Origin: the human T2T-CHM13v2.0 reference genome, Homo sapiens
Assembly (NCBI RefSeq): GCF_009914755.1
Contig: NC_060935.1
Strand: one strand, 5' to 3'
Length of the DNA stretch: 64,000 nt
This document shows, one piece after another, positions 40,304 to 54,178 of the stretch. The position numbers and the translations under genes were made by a program. Each line of letters starts with the position of its first letter. Position 1 is the stretch's first letter. Under the pieces are notes generated by a model. It had not been told where the DNA came from and ran no database searches. It saw only the letters and a program-made list of their open reading frames with translations.

Positions 40304-40514
40304 TCTGCCTTTTTGATTATAGTGATCCTAGTGGGTATGAAGTAGTATCTCATTGTGAGCCGTCTTGTTTTGAAGTTGCATTGGTATATCAAACACATTT
40401 TGTAACTGGTTCTGTCTTTTTGATTATAGCAATCTTAGCGGGTATGAAGTGGTATCTCATTGTGAGCAGTCTTGTTTTTAAGGTGCATTTGCATAGCAAA
40501 CACATTTTGTCACT
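40304..40514 (+). repeat. ~107-bp tandem duplication of an L1 3' end fragment plus flank
   Basis: 40304-40410 vs 40411-40514: tttttgattatag...gtatctcattgtgagc...caaacacattttgt. Confidence 0.85.
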
Positions 40515-40835
40515 TACGCTACTTTGGTTCATTTGAGGTAACTGATGAAGGTTATGGAAGCTTAAATAAACTCCTATTCTCCCCTTTGGTTTCACTACTA
40601 AGTCCTGGCTGCCTTCTTTGTCAGAGGAATGCCTGCAGGAGGTGGATTAGGCCCAGGGTCCTGCAGTCCTTTAAGGAGAGCCCTTGCCACCCTCCTGTTA
40701 TTCCCCTAGTTTCCTTTTTCCTCACCTTTGTCTCAGTCCAGAGATGAGGGTGGGTTGCAGGGGGAAAGGGCTGATCAATCTTTTTGACTTTATGCCCCCT
40801 TTGTGGCTTTGACGTGGCCTGATCAGCTCACCAGT

Positions 40836-41198
40836 CGTCTTAGTCCATATGGGCTAATATAACAAAATACCATAAACTGGGTGGCTTATCAACAACAGAA
40901 ATGTGTTGCTCATAGTTCTGGAGGCTGGGAAGTCCAAGACCAAGGCATTGGCAGATTCTATGTTTGATGAGGACGGTTTCCTGGTTCATAGATGGTGTCT
41001 TCTCACTGTGTCCTCAAATGGTGGCTGTGGGCAAGGGAGCTCTCTTGGGCCTCTTTATAAGGGCACTAATCCCATTCATGAGGGCTCCACACTCATGACC
41101 TAATCACCCCCCATAGGTCCCACCTCCAAATACCATCACCTGGGGGTGAAGATTTCAGCATATGAATTTGTGGGGGACGCATACACTCAGACCGTAGC
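40836..41198 (-). mobile_element. MST/MLT1A-type MaLR LTR
   Basis: cttagtccat...aacaaaataccataaactgggtggctta...cagaccgtagc. Confidence 0.75.
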
Positions 41199-42619
41199 GC
41201 AAGTTGGGGACAAAAGCTCTGAGTGTCAGCAGGGTTGCACTGGCTTGGAAATGCTGGAAATCTGGAAATTTCCAGATCAGGCATCACAAACTGCATGATC
41301 TAGGGCTCACATTGCATTAACAATGTTGTGTTTGGTCCACAGTGTTTCAAAATTGGAAAACTCGACATAAAAAATCCAGCCTTCTGGCTTTTCTTTAAAA
41401 ATGTGCAGGCCCAACCATGCTGTTTCCACCTTTCTGCATTGCAGTATTTGGCTGAGGCTGAGCCCTGGCTGCCCTCTGAAGACTGGTGTGAGCTTTCAAA
41501 TCCCCACAGTTCCCGCCACACACTGTTGCATCACAGTGGGCCCTCTCCACACATTTGTCACCTGTCTCATACTTGAGAATATTTATTAGTGCCCAATTCC
41601 TTCAGGGACCTAACAGGGTGAACTTAGGCCATAGTAGGTAACAGGGCTAAATACAGACACTTGGGATCCTGGCTTTCCAGCCATCCCCATACCATCTCCT
41701 CATGAGTACAAGCAAGTTTCAGGTGTAATGTGGGCATCTAATTTGTGATTTGTGGTTCTTGATCACTTTTATGGGCCAGCCACTGTTCTAAGAGTTTTGC
41801 ATATATTAATTCATTTAATCCTCCTAGGAACCCAATCATAATCCCGGTTTACAGATGGGAAAACTAACACCCAGAGAAAACACTTGCTCACAGTCCATGG
41901 GTAATAGTTGCAGAGTCAGAATTTGAAGTCAGGAGCGAATGAGGTCATTTTGCAAGGTTGCTCATGACCTAGTGTCTGGTTCATTATGGGGGTTCAGTGG
42001 GTGCAAGCTTTATAATATTCATCTAGTCTTGCCAACTGCTGCTAACGTGCTGCATGGCTGAGGTTTAGTCCCAGCCAGATGTCCCATCACAAAAGTTAGG
42101 CATTGAAGTGGATGACATTTGTGTTTAGAGAAATGATATGTCTCATTCTTTTCAGCTCTAACTTGGGGTAAGTTTCTGAAAGCAAGTAAGAGAAAAGGAG
42201 AGGGACATTTGTGATCTCTCATGTATAGAAGACTAACAAAGAGGCAGGTGGTCACACCTGAAGGCACGTCCCCTGACCCTTATTACATAATGCCATGGGC
42301 TAAATGTCCAAAATTCCTCTCCCAGCTCTGATTGGCCTGGCTACTATGATGAGTGAAGTCCACCAGGGAAGACACTGTGGCCTCGTTTCTCATCCTCCTG
42401 TCCCCAGGAGTAACACAGAAGCAGCTAGTAACACAACAGCATTGTCCTCACATACACAGGCCTGCTTTGTTTCCCCACCACACAGAGCAGCCGCTGTAAC
42501 AATGGCCCCGAATGACACTTTACCCTCCTTTCTCCAATGTTGCACTTGTTTTTTTAGTCTGGAATGGGCTAAACAATGATTTCCTGCAGGGGGTATCAGC
42601 TTTTTATATTTTCTGCCTG

Positions 42620-42780
42620 CTTCTCTGTCAGTCTTCAGGCCCCAGGTCAGTGAGTGGCAAGCCAGGCCCAGAGATCTCTGCGCCCGTTGGAACATCCCCT
42701 TCTCGGGAGGCTGGAAGGCCATGGTCATTCACCTCTCCCCAGCAAGGTGGGACCTGCCCTGGAAGAAGAAACCAGACCAG
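42620..42780 (+). other. PRR5L: Probable non-coding first exon of PRR5L (5' end approximate); downstream sequence would be PRR5L intron 1
   Basis: Unique GC-richer segment ending in CAG|GTAACA donor at 42780/42781. The assignment rests on recalled gene order (PRR5L starting a few kb beyond COMMD9, divergent); no PRR5L coding sequence is in the window. Confidence 0.45.
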
Positions 42781-44486
42781 GTAACACAAGAGAGACAATG
42801 AGAGCTTGGGGCTAGGGGGTGGGGTTGCAGGGGATGGCTGAGTATCCAGCCCAAGGAGGATGGGTTTCTGGCTTCAAGACATCCGATTTTCTTGAAAGCC
42901 ACCATCTGCTGTTAAATAAATAATGAAAAGCAACAGAGGTCAAGTTCAGCAGCCTCCCAGTTAGAAAAATACCCTCTGTCTGTCTGGCCCTGTTCAGTGC
43001 CTCTGATATCTCTGGGTGACCAGGGTCTTCATGGCCCATGTAGATTTACTGAGGTGGCTGTTGCCTTAATAATAGCTGCTAGTACTAAGCTCTTTCTCTA
43101 TGTATTGCATATGTATACCTATTACTGTATGTCTCTCATTGAATGAATAGTAATGATAGCAAACCCTTATACAACATGCCTCAGATTCTTGCTTCTTTCA
43201 AACCCAGGGAGTCGGGTTCTAGAATCTGCGCTTTTCGTCATCATGCCCCTTGTAAAGCATTTTTTTTTACAACATCCTGCTAATAAACCAAGGTCATCAC
43301 AATATTTCACTTTGAGAGGCAATGATATATGATGATAGCTATGTGTATTGTGAGTCCTTTGCCCTGTGCCAGGCAGCATTCTAACTGTTTTGCAGCTATT
43401 TCATCAGATAGATACTTTATGATCTCTATTTTATGGATGAGGAAATTGAAGTACGGATAATTTAAGTCATTCACCCGGGGTCACACAGTTGTTAAATGGC
43501 AGAGCCTGGATTTGAATTCAGTTTTCTCTTAAGTAGTATGGGAATCTTAGACCCGCCCAGCCCTGCTGGTCTGGAGTTATTCTGCTTCTCTAGGTCATGG
43601 TGTATAGAGGGTGACATTCAGTTTCTGGCTTCATAGAACATCTGCACCCAAGTTGACAGCTTAAGGAATTTTTTCGTTTGTTTATTTTAAATGATTTTTC
43701 TATTGGCATCAGCTTTTGTCTTGCTTGAAGAAGATGGAATTGCTCAATGACGACAGTGAAGGAATTTGAAAGGGTAAGAATTGCTCAATGAGTGGTATCT
43801 CTTTTTTGGCCAGAGACCAGGCTAAGTTGCCTCATATGTAAGAGAACATACGTCAAATACACAGGACTCATGGTATATTATGGAAGCAAACTTTATTTTT
43901 GCCTATCATTGTCCCTAATTTTTTTCAGCAGGTCCTCCCTCTTCCCTTGCCCTGGGATGAAAATTAAGGTAGGTCCACAACTCTTATGGGCCCCCTTCAG
44001 GAATCAAAAGTTCTTAAGTCGCTTTTAGTTCCAGCACAGCCTCATTCAGCAATTGGGATGTCCAGTCCCAGGGAATCAGCCAGATCTTTGAATTTGGTTC
44101 CCAGTGGAGACTTTTCTCCCTCCTCCAGTGGGGCCTGCAGCTTGGAAAGGGGGTCTGTGGTTGGCTTCTCATTTCCCACGTTAAGCTTCCATCCTTCTCT
44201 CCTCTGGCTTACTGATGATTCTGACTCCTGGCAGGGGGAAGGGGAAAAGAGAAGAGGCAGGAAAGGAGCTGGAAGTCCGTACTTGGTTAATGCTGTGGCA
44301 AGCTGGCATTTCAGTGGCAGGTTCTGGTGGGTGTGTAAACCTAGTTCTTTCTCTCTAGGCACAATCTTGTGGATACTTCAGAGAGCACCATTATTTCTCA
44401 TCTTTGGGGATCTCTGAGTTGCTGGTCCCTTGAAGCTGGTTGCCTAATAAGACTCCTTCCTTAGTTCCCTGGCATCTAAGCAGTGC

Positions 44487-45416
44487 CGTATTAGTTTGCT
44501 GGGACTGCCATGACAAAATATCACAGACTGAGGGGCTTAAACCAGCAGTCCCCAATTTTTTTGGTACCAGAGACCAGTTTTGTAGATGACACTTTTTTCC
44601 ACAGACCAGGGTTGGGATGGTTTCAGGATGATTCAAGTGCATTACATTTATTGAGAACCTTATTTATATTATTATTACATTGTAATATATAATGAAATAA
44701 TTACACAATTCACCACAGTGTAGAATCAGTGGGAGCCCTAAACTTGTTTTCCTCCAATTAGACAGTCCCATATGGGGGTGATGGGAACCAGTGACAGATC
44801 ATCAGGCATTAGATTCTCATAAGGAGCATGCAAACTAGACCCCTCACATGCGCAGTTCACAATAGGGTTTGTGCTCCTATGAGAATCTAATGCTGCTGCT
44901 GATCTGACAGGAGGTGGAGCTCAGGTGGTAATGTGAATGATTGGGAGCAGCTGTAAATATGGATGAAGCTTCGTGCTCTCTCTGTCCCTGCTGTGTGGCC
45001 TGGTTCCTAACAGACCACAGACCAGTACTGGTCCATGGCCCGGGAGTTGGGGACCCCGGGCTTAAACAACAGAACTTAATTTTCTCCCAGTTCTGGAGGT
45101 TAAAAGTCCAAGATCAAGGTGTTGGAAGGTTTGTTTTCTCCTGAGGTCTCTGTCCTTGGCTTGTGGATGGCCACCTTCTCACTGAGTTCTCACATGGTCT
45201 TTCCTCTGTGTGTGCATTCCTGGTGTCTCTTGGCATGTGCAAATGTCCTCTTCTTATAAGGACAGCAGTCAGAGAGGATTAAGGCCTACCCTAAGGGGTT
45301 CATTTTAACTTAATCACATTTTTAAAGGTCCTGCTTCTAAATGCAGTCACATTCTAAGGTCCTGGGGGTTAGGGCTTCATCATATAAATTTTGGGAGGAT
45401 AGTTGAGGCCACAACA
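44487..45416 (-). mobile_element. MLT1 (B/C-like) LTR interrupted by MER1A
   Basis: gtattagtttgctgggactgccatgacaaaatatcacagactgaggggcttaaac resumes at 45060 with cttaaacaacagaa. Confidence 0.7.
44543..45059. mobile_element. MER1A hAT-Charlie DNA transposon
   Basis: Terminal inverted repeats cagcagtccccaa / ttggggaccccgg; perfect 8-bp TSD gcttaaac at 44535-44542 and 45060-45067. Confidence 0.85.
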
Positions 45417-46218
45417 AGTGCTGTCAGCTTTTCTCTGAAGGTAAATTTCCATTCCTCCTGGTGGTCCTTGTCAGAAGGACCTACACATCCCAGAGGTTGG
45501 CCACAGTACATCTCTGGCTTATGGAAAATGCTCGTTTCATTATCCCAGGAAATCCAAAGCTACCACGTTCTCTCCACTCCAGCTGATCACTCCATCTCTC
45601 TTGTATTTTGGGATTCACAGACATGATTCAGACATCAGCCCTCAGTGACAGTCAACCTCCAGGGACACAGCATCTTGGAGGCCAATCTTGGAGGGTGGGT
45701 AGTGGGCAATTGGGACTTGGAGTGCTCCTATTGCTTTCTCCAAAATTCCTCCTCTACACCACCAACTGTTCTTCTCACCCAGCTTTCTTTGTGGGCTGAA
45801 GATGGTCAGTTAAGAGGGAAACCAGTTTCGTGCCACTTCTTTTGTCAGCCCTGCATGATGGCCTCAGTGTCACAGCTCACTTTGAAACATGTCTTTTGTC
45901 CTTGGCAATACCTGAACTGAGACCATAGTCATTTTTACATCCTGCTACACAAATAGCATCTCATTTAGTTTTCATAAAGAACCCTAGGAGTTCTTCTGCA
46001 TATGGAAGAGGAATCTGGAGCTCAGAAAGGTTAACGAATTCACCCAAAAGAGATTATTCAGCGAGTGGCGGGGAGGGGAGTAGAGATTCAAGCTTTAACC
46101 CACTTCATTATTTACTTCTCTGGGCCTTCATCATCCAGGCTTCTTAGAGCTTTTACCTACTGGAGTTTGGTCTGTGCTGCTAAAATGTTTTCTTCTTAGC
46201 AGAAAACTATAAAGGTAA

Positions 46219-46240
46219 ACAACAACAACAACAACAACGA
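46219..46240 (+). repeat. (AAC)n microsatellite
   Basis: About 7 units. Confidence 0.8.
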
Positions 46241-46466
46241 CAAACACTTCATCGCTGCTTGCACCACTTGTGATGCAGGGGCTGGCAACAGGAGTGACAG
46301 GTGCATCAGGAGCTTTCTTAAGTATGTTGTGAGATGAGCTCTGTGTACCCAGGAAAGTCTTTGACTGCTTGAAAGTCCTCCATCCCTGCCCCACTATAAT
46401 TTAATCAGCAGAATAATGAAGTACAAGTGAAATATCTTTTTTTTTTGTAGAAATGCATAAAAGCAA

Positions 46467-46874
46467 TTCTGTTAGTCTGTTTTGTGTTGCTGTAAAGGAA
46501 TACCTGAGACTGGGTAATTTTTAAAGAAAAGAGGTTTATTTGGCTCACGTTTCTGCAGGCTGTACAAGCATGGCACTTGCATCTGCTCAGCTTTTGGTGA
46601 GGCCTCAGGGAGTTTTACTCATGGCAGAAGGTGAGGGGGGAGCATGTCACACGGTGAGAAAGGGTGCAAGAGAGTGCCAGGCTCTTTTTAAATGACCAGC
46701 TTTCTTGTGAACTTACAGGGTAAGAACTCACTCCATTATCACCAGGGCAGCACCAAGTCATTCATGAAAGATCTGCCCCCGTGACCCAAACATGTCCCAC
46801 TAGACCCCACCTCCAATGCTGGCAATCTCATTTCAACATGAGATTTAGAGGAGACAAACATTCAAACTATATCA
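46467..46874 (-). mobile_element. MSTB-type MaLR LTR
   Basis: gttgctgtaaaggaatacctgagactgggtaattt...ttcaacatgagattt...caaactatatca. Confidence 0.8.
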
Positions 46875-48844
46875 GCAATATTGCATTCTGAGAATTTTAT
46901 TCAAGGCAGAAGGGGCCATATCATCTCACCTTCTAGCTCCCAGGAGGTACTTAACCTAAAGATGACTTCCGAATATGAAGCTATTTAAAAGAAAAAAAAA
47001 TCCTCTTTTTTGTTTAGATTTTTAATTATTTTCTTTACAAATAAAGAAGCCCAAGCCTGTCATTGCCCATTCTTCCTTAGGAAAGGGAAAGCTACATATG
47101 GGCCTGGCAGTGGTTCAGAGGCTGCCTGCCAAGGCTGTGTCAGGTTCATCTGGCAGCCGTGCAGAGCTGGGCTGGGCTGGGCCGGGCTGAAGTTGGGGCC
47201 CAGGGCACAGGCCTGGGATGGGCTGGAGCTGCAGCTGTCTCCGTCCAGTGAGGAAGGGGAGGATGATATTTCTGTTCACCCACTCAGCAATTATTTAACA
47301 AACATTTATTGTGCCCAAGACTTTTGTGGGCTCTCTGCCAGGAAAGGGCAGGTCATTGAATGGGCCCTGGGAAAAATGATGTCTGAGCTTCTCTCCAGTT
47401 CTCAGAGAAAGGTAAAGCACTGGAAGCGGGCGATTCAGGGAGAGGGCATGGAGGCATGGAAAAGCATGGTGTGCTTGGAGATCTATGGATGGTTTTGAAC
47501 TGCTCAAGCACAGGCCGGGGTCAAGGGAGGGCAGGGGTCAGAAGAGGGAGGAGGAAGAAGGTGGAGGAGCTTCCAAATTGGAACTTGGTAGGCAGGTTGG
47601 GCCCTGGGAGGGCCACAGAAGGGTCTGAAGCAGAGTTGTGACCAGAGTGGGTTTGTCTTTTAGAGGGAACTCTGAGGCAGGACGGGGACACACTTGAGCA
47701 TCAGAGGCGTCAAGGCTCAGGGAGAGGGGTGAGGGAAGATGAAGGGCAGAACCGAAGCCCTGGCTGAGATCATGGGAATGGGGAGGGGTTAAGCTGGAGA
47801 GAGTGGCAGCCACCTGAGGGAGGGGTTGGTCTAGAATGTCTTTCAGGTTTCTGACTTGAACTACAGAAGGGATGCTATGCCATGATGGGTCAGTGTGTGT
47901 GTAGGGGGCCGAGGACCCTTCCCAGCTGGAGGAAGTGGGGCATGGGGGGTCGGGGTGTTGTCCTTTCTTTTAATAAACATACGGAGGGGCTGCCCTGAGC
48001 TGCGTGCTGGGAGAGGAGAGCAGAGGGGACACCTTCCATTCCTTACAGAGCCCTTGGGCCAATGAAAGAGCAATTCAAATGCAATGGAGCAGGAAGACCC
48101 TAAGAGAGAATTGGAAAATGACTGGGAAAATTTGAATGTAGACCAAGCATTCAGTGATATTAGAGAATTATTAATTTTTTAAGGTGTGATGAAATTATTG
48201 TGTTTTAGGTGGGAGAATACCCCCTCATCTTTTTTTCTTTTGGGGAGATGCAAGCTGGAATATTTAGGAGTGAAATATCATGATGTCTGTAATTTACTTG
48301 GAAACAAATAAATACAGAGGGAGAGAAGGAGAGACAGAAAGAGAATGTGCAAATATGGCAAAACGTTACCAATTGTTGGGAGTATATGGGAGTTTACTGT
48401 ACTGTTATTGCACTGTGCTTTTGGCTTTTCTGTGTGAAATATTTTGTAGTAAAAACTGGAAAATACAAAGTAGCAAGCGCATTGATGGGAGGTAAGGGTA
48501 CCACAGGAACACAATGAATGGCCTCTAATCAGAATTTGATGCATGAGGGATGCTTCTAAAGAAAACAGCATCTAAGACCTGAGGAAGAGTGATCCTTGAA
48601 GGGGGGATGGGGAAGAATTTTGGGGAGAATGTACTAGGCAGAGAGGGAACAGCCTGTGTGTAGGCCTGCTGGCCTGTCTTGCTAGAGGAACAAAAAGACA
48701 TTTAACGTGAGTGTCAAATGTGAAGCAGAGTCACCAAGAGATGGGAAGAGAAAGGTAGGCAGGTCCTATAGAGTCTTATAAGTTTGGACTCTGTCCCAAC
48801 CACAGCATAACTAGGGGGGCTTCATTTCAGAAAGATGCTGGCTC

Positions 48845-49152
48845 AGCTGGGTGCGGGGGCTCACACCTGTTATCCCAGCACTTTGGGAGGCCAAGGCAGG
48901 CAGATCACCTGAGCTCAGGAGTTCGAGACCAGCCTAGGCAACATGGCGAAAACCCATCTCTACTAAACATACAAAAAATTAGCTGGGCATGGTGGCGGGC
49001 ACCTGTAATCCCAGCTACTCGGGAGGCTGAGGCACGAGAATCGCTTGAGCCTGGGAGGTGGAGCTTGCAGTTAGGTGGAGGTTGCAGTGCACTGCACTCT
49101 AGCCTGGGTGACAGAGCGAGACTCTGTCTCAAAATAAAAATAAAAATAAAAA
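48845..49152 (+). mobile_element. AluS element with a small internal duplication (ggtggag(c/g)ttgcagt x2)
   Basis: TSD agaaagatgctggctc at 48829-48844 and 49153-49168. Confidence 0.88.
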
Positions 49153-51117
49153 AGAAAGATGCTGGCTCACGTGTGTGCAGTTGCTAGGATCTGGCAGCCC
49201 CTGTTTTAAGCACTTCATCTATATGAGTTCGCCTAATCCTCACCATGACTTTATCAAGGATGTGCAGATTAGCACCTCTATTTATGAGAGAAGCCAGCCA
49301 AGGCACAGAAGAGTGAAGTCACCTGCTCAAGGTCACATATCTGGAAGAGTCAGGATTCGAGCCCAGGCATCCTGGCTCCAGAGCCCACGCTGCCCTAATC
49401 GCAAGGCAACACTGCCTCTTGAGTTTAGTCTCTCTGTGTGGAGAAGGAAGTGGAGGGAAGCAGGACTCTTCCTCAAGACAGGAAGACAGCTTAGGAAGCA
49501 ACCGTACACATCCAGACTCAAGGTGATGGTGACTTGAACTAAAACAATAACAGTGGTGATGGAGAGAAATAGATGTAATAGAAAGTTGTTTTGGAGTGAA
49601 ATCTATAGGACTTGGTACTTGAACAGTTGTGTCAGGGAAGTCAAAGACAATGCCCAATCCATACCCCACTGAACACCTAGCTCTGTGCCTTCTTGGCAGG
49701 AGAAAAGGGCTAGAGTAAGAGAATGTGGAGATACCTTGCTCATAAAAAAATCGAGAAGACATTATCAGAACCATAACATCCCCTTCAACTGTGAGGAGCA
49801 GACTGTTGTCCACCCAACCTACATATCTCTTTCCTGGCTTCCACTAATCCTCACTTTTGGTGCAACTTGCCATTTTCACTGTTTGAATTTTTTAATCTGC
49901 ACATGTTATAAAATAGAGATCATTCCTTTATCCTGACTTGACTGGAAAAACAGAGTCAAACCACAGCTCCTGGTCCCTTCCCTAATTGTCTCTCAACTCA
50001 CTAACCTGCCATTAGCCTTGAGTGATGTGACGTATGCACCTGTCTGTGTTTCACAAGAAGCCCTTGATCCTTGGGCCTCTTCAGAGGGCTTAACTGGAAT
50101 GAAAAATTAAACAAATATTGAAAAAACAATAGAACGAACAATACATGGTCATGTCCCTCTAATCCTTATTGATTTTTAAGATCTTCTCAGGCATGAAAAC
50201 AAGATTCACTGCTAGCAACCCAACATTGGATTTCTGTTAACTGAAAGAGTGGCTTATTGATCAGGGTGGGATGTCCAGCAGGGCAGGAGCAGGCCTGTGT
50301 CTGCCCCACCAGCTAATCAACCCCAATTCAACCCTAAGAGGTGGAGCTCAGTTGGGTGAGAGCTGCACTCACTTGAAATGAGGGACACTGTGGCCCAGGA
50401 GGGTCCTCGCAGCATCCTCAGAAGAGACTGAGGCCATTCCTCAGTTATATACCAACTCTCTGGGGACCTCATCTTTTTCTTGCTAAAGGCCTCAAGAATT
50501 CCTCATTATTTTTTTCTGTGTCAAAAATAATATAACTACTACATGAATTCATGTGTAGAGGACATGGATCTGCAGAATAAAATGGGTTCATCTACATATG
50601 TTCCTGCCTTTCATTCCTCTGTCTCAAGGAATTGTTCATTTAACAACAGATTCAGCTGTTATTCTATGCTGTTTGAAGGTTGGCAATACAGCCATTCACC
50701 ATATACCAAATGGCAAAAATCCCTGCTCTCATGGAGCTTTTATTTTAGGGGATATTGTGAACAGTTTGGTGAGGAGCCTTCCAATCCATATATGTATTAA
50801 TACAAACAGGTTTGTGCTGTACATATGATTCTGTGGCTGGCTTTTTTCACTAACAACATGTCTTGGAGCTCATTCTGTGTCAGCATGAATGGTCCTTCCT
50901 CATTCTTTGATAGTTGCATAATGGTTCTCTGCAGGGATAAACCCCTGCTAGTAAACATACAGTTATAATTTTTGTTTTCACAAATAGTGTTGCAGCGAAC
51001 TTCCTTCTGCATGTACTGTTGTACACACACAATTTTGGACACTTACTAAGCCATGATATATAAATTAATTACCCTCTCTGTGCCTCAGTTTCCTCATCTG
51101 TACATTGAAAGTCATGG

Positions 51118-52260
51118 TAATAATCTCCCTCTAGCCATCAGGGAAAAGCAAATGAAAACCATGATGAGACGCACTTTACACTCACTGGGATGGATATAAT
51201 TTTTAAAAATAGATGACAAGTGTGGGAGAAGATGTGGAGAAATTGGAATCCTCATGTGCTGCTGGTGGGAATATAAAATGATGCAGCTGCTTTGCAAACA
51301 GTCTGTGCATTCCCCAAAAGGTTAACACAGAGTTACAATTTAACCCAGCAATTCCACTCATAGGTATATACTCAAGAGAAATAAAAACACATGTTGCCAC
51401 AAAAATTCGTTTAGAAATGTTCATAGCAGCATTATTCATAATAGCCAAAAGGTGGAAACAACCCAACTGTTCATCAACTAATGAAGAGATAAATAAAATT
51501 TGGCATATTCACACACAGGAATATTATGTCACATTAAAAAGATATGAAGTACTGATACAGGATCCAACATGGATGACCTTTGAAACACTATGCTAAGTGC
51601 AAGAAGTCAGTCATAAAAAGCTACATATTATATGATTCCATTTATATGAAAGGTCCAGAATTGCCAAATGTATAATGACAGAAAGTAGATAAGTGGTTTT
51701 TAGGGGCTGGGGTTGAGTGGGAAGGGAGGAAATGGAGAGTGACTGTTAATGGGTATGAAGTTTCCTTTTTGGGGTGATAAAAGTGTTCTAAAATTTGCTG
51801 TGGTGATGGTTGTACCTATCTGTGAATATACTAAAAGCCATTGAATTGTATACTTTAAATGGTTGAATTGTATGGTAGGTTCTATGGTCTGAATATTTAC
51901 GTCCCCCTGAAATTCATCTTTTGAAACCGAATTACTAATGTGATGACGTTTTGGAAGTGATTAGGTCATAAGGGTGGGGCCCTCCTGAATGAGATTTTTG
52001 CCATTACTGAAAAGGCTGGAGAGAGACCCTTCACCCCTTCCATCGTGAGGATACAGCAAGAAGGCACCGTCTATAAACCAGAAAGTGGGCCCTCAATAGA
52101 CACTGAATCTGCCGGTGCTTTGATCTAGGACTTCCCAGCCTCCAAAACTGTAAGAAACAAATTTCTGTTGTTGATAAGCCATTCAGTTTATGGCGTTTTG
52201 TTATAGCAGTTTAAATGGACTGAGTTAGTATATGAATTATATTTCAATAAAGCTGTTATT
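51118..52260 (+). mobile_element. L1M (L1MB-like) 3' end with nested MST LTR (~51880-52225)
   Basis: tagccatcagggaaaagcaaatgaaaacc...caataaagctgtt; insert ctatggtctgaatattt...ggacttcccagcctccaaaactgtaag. Confidence 0.75.
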
Positions 52261-52440
52261 AAGTAAAGTAAGGTTGCTGTGAGGACTGACTGAATTACAT
52301 AAGATGTGTATAAAGGTGCTGGCACTTTGTCTTTTTGGGCCTAGCTTATGTCACTTAGCCAGGAATCTCCTTTCAAATGACAGGATCTCATTCTTTTTTA
52401 TGGCTGAATAGTACTCCATTATGTATATGTACCATATTTT

Positions 52441-52870
52441 CTTTTTTTAATTATTACACTTTAAGTTCTAGGGTACATGTGCACAACGCGCAGGTTTGAT
52501 ACATAGGTATACATGTGCCATGTTGCTTTGCTGCACCCATCAACTCATCATTTACATTAGGTATTTCTCCTATCCCTCCCCCAGCCCCCCATCCTGGTGT
52601 GTGATGTTCCCTGCCCTGTGTCCAAGTGATCTCATTGTTCAATTCCCACCTATTGTTCAAAACCCACATGTGGTGTTTGGTTTTCTGTCCTTGTGATAGT
52701 TTGCTGAGCATGATGGTTTCCGGCTTCATCTATGTCCCTGCAAAGGACATGAACTCATCCTTTTTTATGGCTGCATAGTATTTCATGGTGTATATATGCC
52801 ACATTTTCTTAATCCAGTCTGTCATTGATGGACATTTGGGTTGGTCCCAAGTCTTTGCTTTGTGAGTAGT
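52441..52870 (-). mobile_element. L1PA 3' fragment, within an older antisense L1 remnant
   Basis: ttattacactttaagttctagggtacatgtgcacaac...tccctgcaaaggacatgaactcatcc. Confidence 0.85.
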
Positions 52871-53021
52871 GGGTGCTGGCACTTTGAATCTATGTACCTA
52901 CTACCTTCGTTGTTGCTTCCAGGGGATGGATTTCTAGAAGCGGAATTGCTGAGTGAAAGGGGAGGTGCATTATTATTATTTTTTAATGATCTTGCAAAGT
53001 TGCCTTCTAATAAAGGCTTTA

Positions 53022-53276
53022 CCAATGCACCCTCCAAGAAGCAGTGCATGAGGATACCAGTTTTTTCCTGTTTCCTTTTCCTTTTCATAGCAACCACCAC
53101 CAAAAAAGTCTGAAAGAATACACACAAGTGTTCATAGTGATTTCATTGGGTAATGGGATCAGGTGTCAACTTCCTCTTCCTTTTCCTGTATTGTTTATCT
53201 CTATTTTCTCATAGTGCTAAAAAAAAGAACATGTAATAGTTGTATAATGTTTAAAAAATAAAAGCACCCCCCACAT
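53022..53276 (+). repeat. Local duplication, copy A (pairs with 53928-54178)
   Basis: ccaatgcaccctcc...aaaaaataaaagcacccccacat, roughly 85% identical by eye. Confidence 0.9.
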
Positions 53277-53927
53277 CTCTTCTCCTTGAGGCTCCTACCC
53301 ATTCACAGGGTTGGTAGTGATGACTACAAAAGACCCTGATTGCCACACCCTAAAAAGGACAGGAGCCCTTCCCATTGTGATGGTTTTTGTTGTAAATTTC
53401 TAGAAGAAACGGCCAGGGGGCGACAAATCTAAACATGAAGGAAGTGCAGAAACTGCAGTTATTTCCCCAGAACTGTACTTTCTTGCTAGAAGGCACCAAA
53501 AAGCCCTGTAATAAAATCATGCTGTGAGATATTTCCCCCTTCCCAGCTACTAGACACAACAAGTTTGCAAATGCTTCATATGCCTTGTCATTCACTCCTC
53601 ACAATTCCATGACAGAGGTACTGGCGCAAAAATGAAGTTAAGGAAATTAAGCAGCTTACTCAAAGGCAGACTGCTAGGAAGTGGCAGAGGTAGATACTGT
53701 TAAGACGCTTTCAACTTCAAGTCAAGAGTCATCAACAAGGATATTTTATTATCTCATTTAAAAATGAGGACATAGGGCAAGCTTCAGGGGAGGTTGATTC
53801 AGCAGCTCAGCAATGTCCTCAGGGTGCCTCTTCTTTCCACCTCTCTGCTCTGCCATCTTCCTGTTGCCTACATCCTCAGGCAGAAATAGGGCACTAGCAA
53901 TGACATCTAGAATAGCAGAAGGCCAAG

Positions 53928-54178
53928 CCAATGCACCCTCCCAGAAGTAGTGCATGAGGATACCAGTTTTTCCCCTTTCCTTTCCTTCTGAAAGCAGCCA
54001 CCAACAAAAAAATCTGAAAGAATACGCACAAATGTTCGCAGTGATTTCTGTGGGCGATGGGATCAGGTGTGAACTTCTTCGTCCTTTTCTTGTATTGCTT
54101 ATCTCTATTTTCTCACAGTGCTAAAAAAGAACATGTAATAATTGTGTAATGTTGAAAAAATAAAAGTACTCCCCACAT
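53928..54178 (+). repeat. Local duplication, copy B, inside an MLT1 remnant (~53700-54520, minus)
   Basis: Co-linear with copy A; flanks carry MLT1K/L-like motifs (gattcagcagctc...; gtctcactggccc...aaccaatcattggcaagg). Confidence 0.88.
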
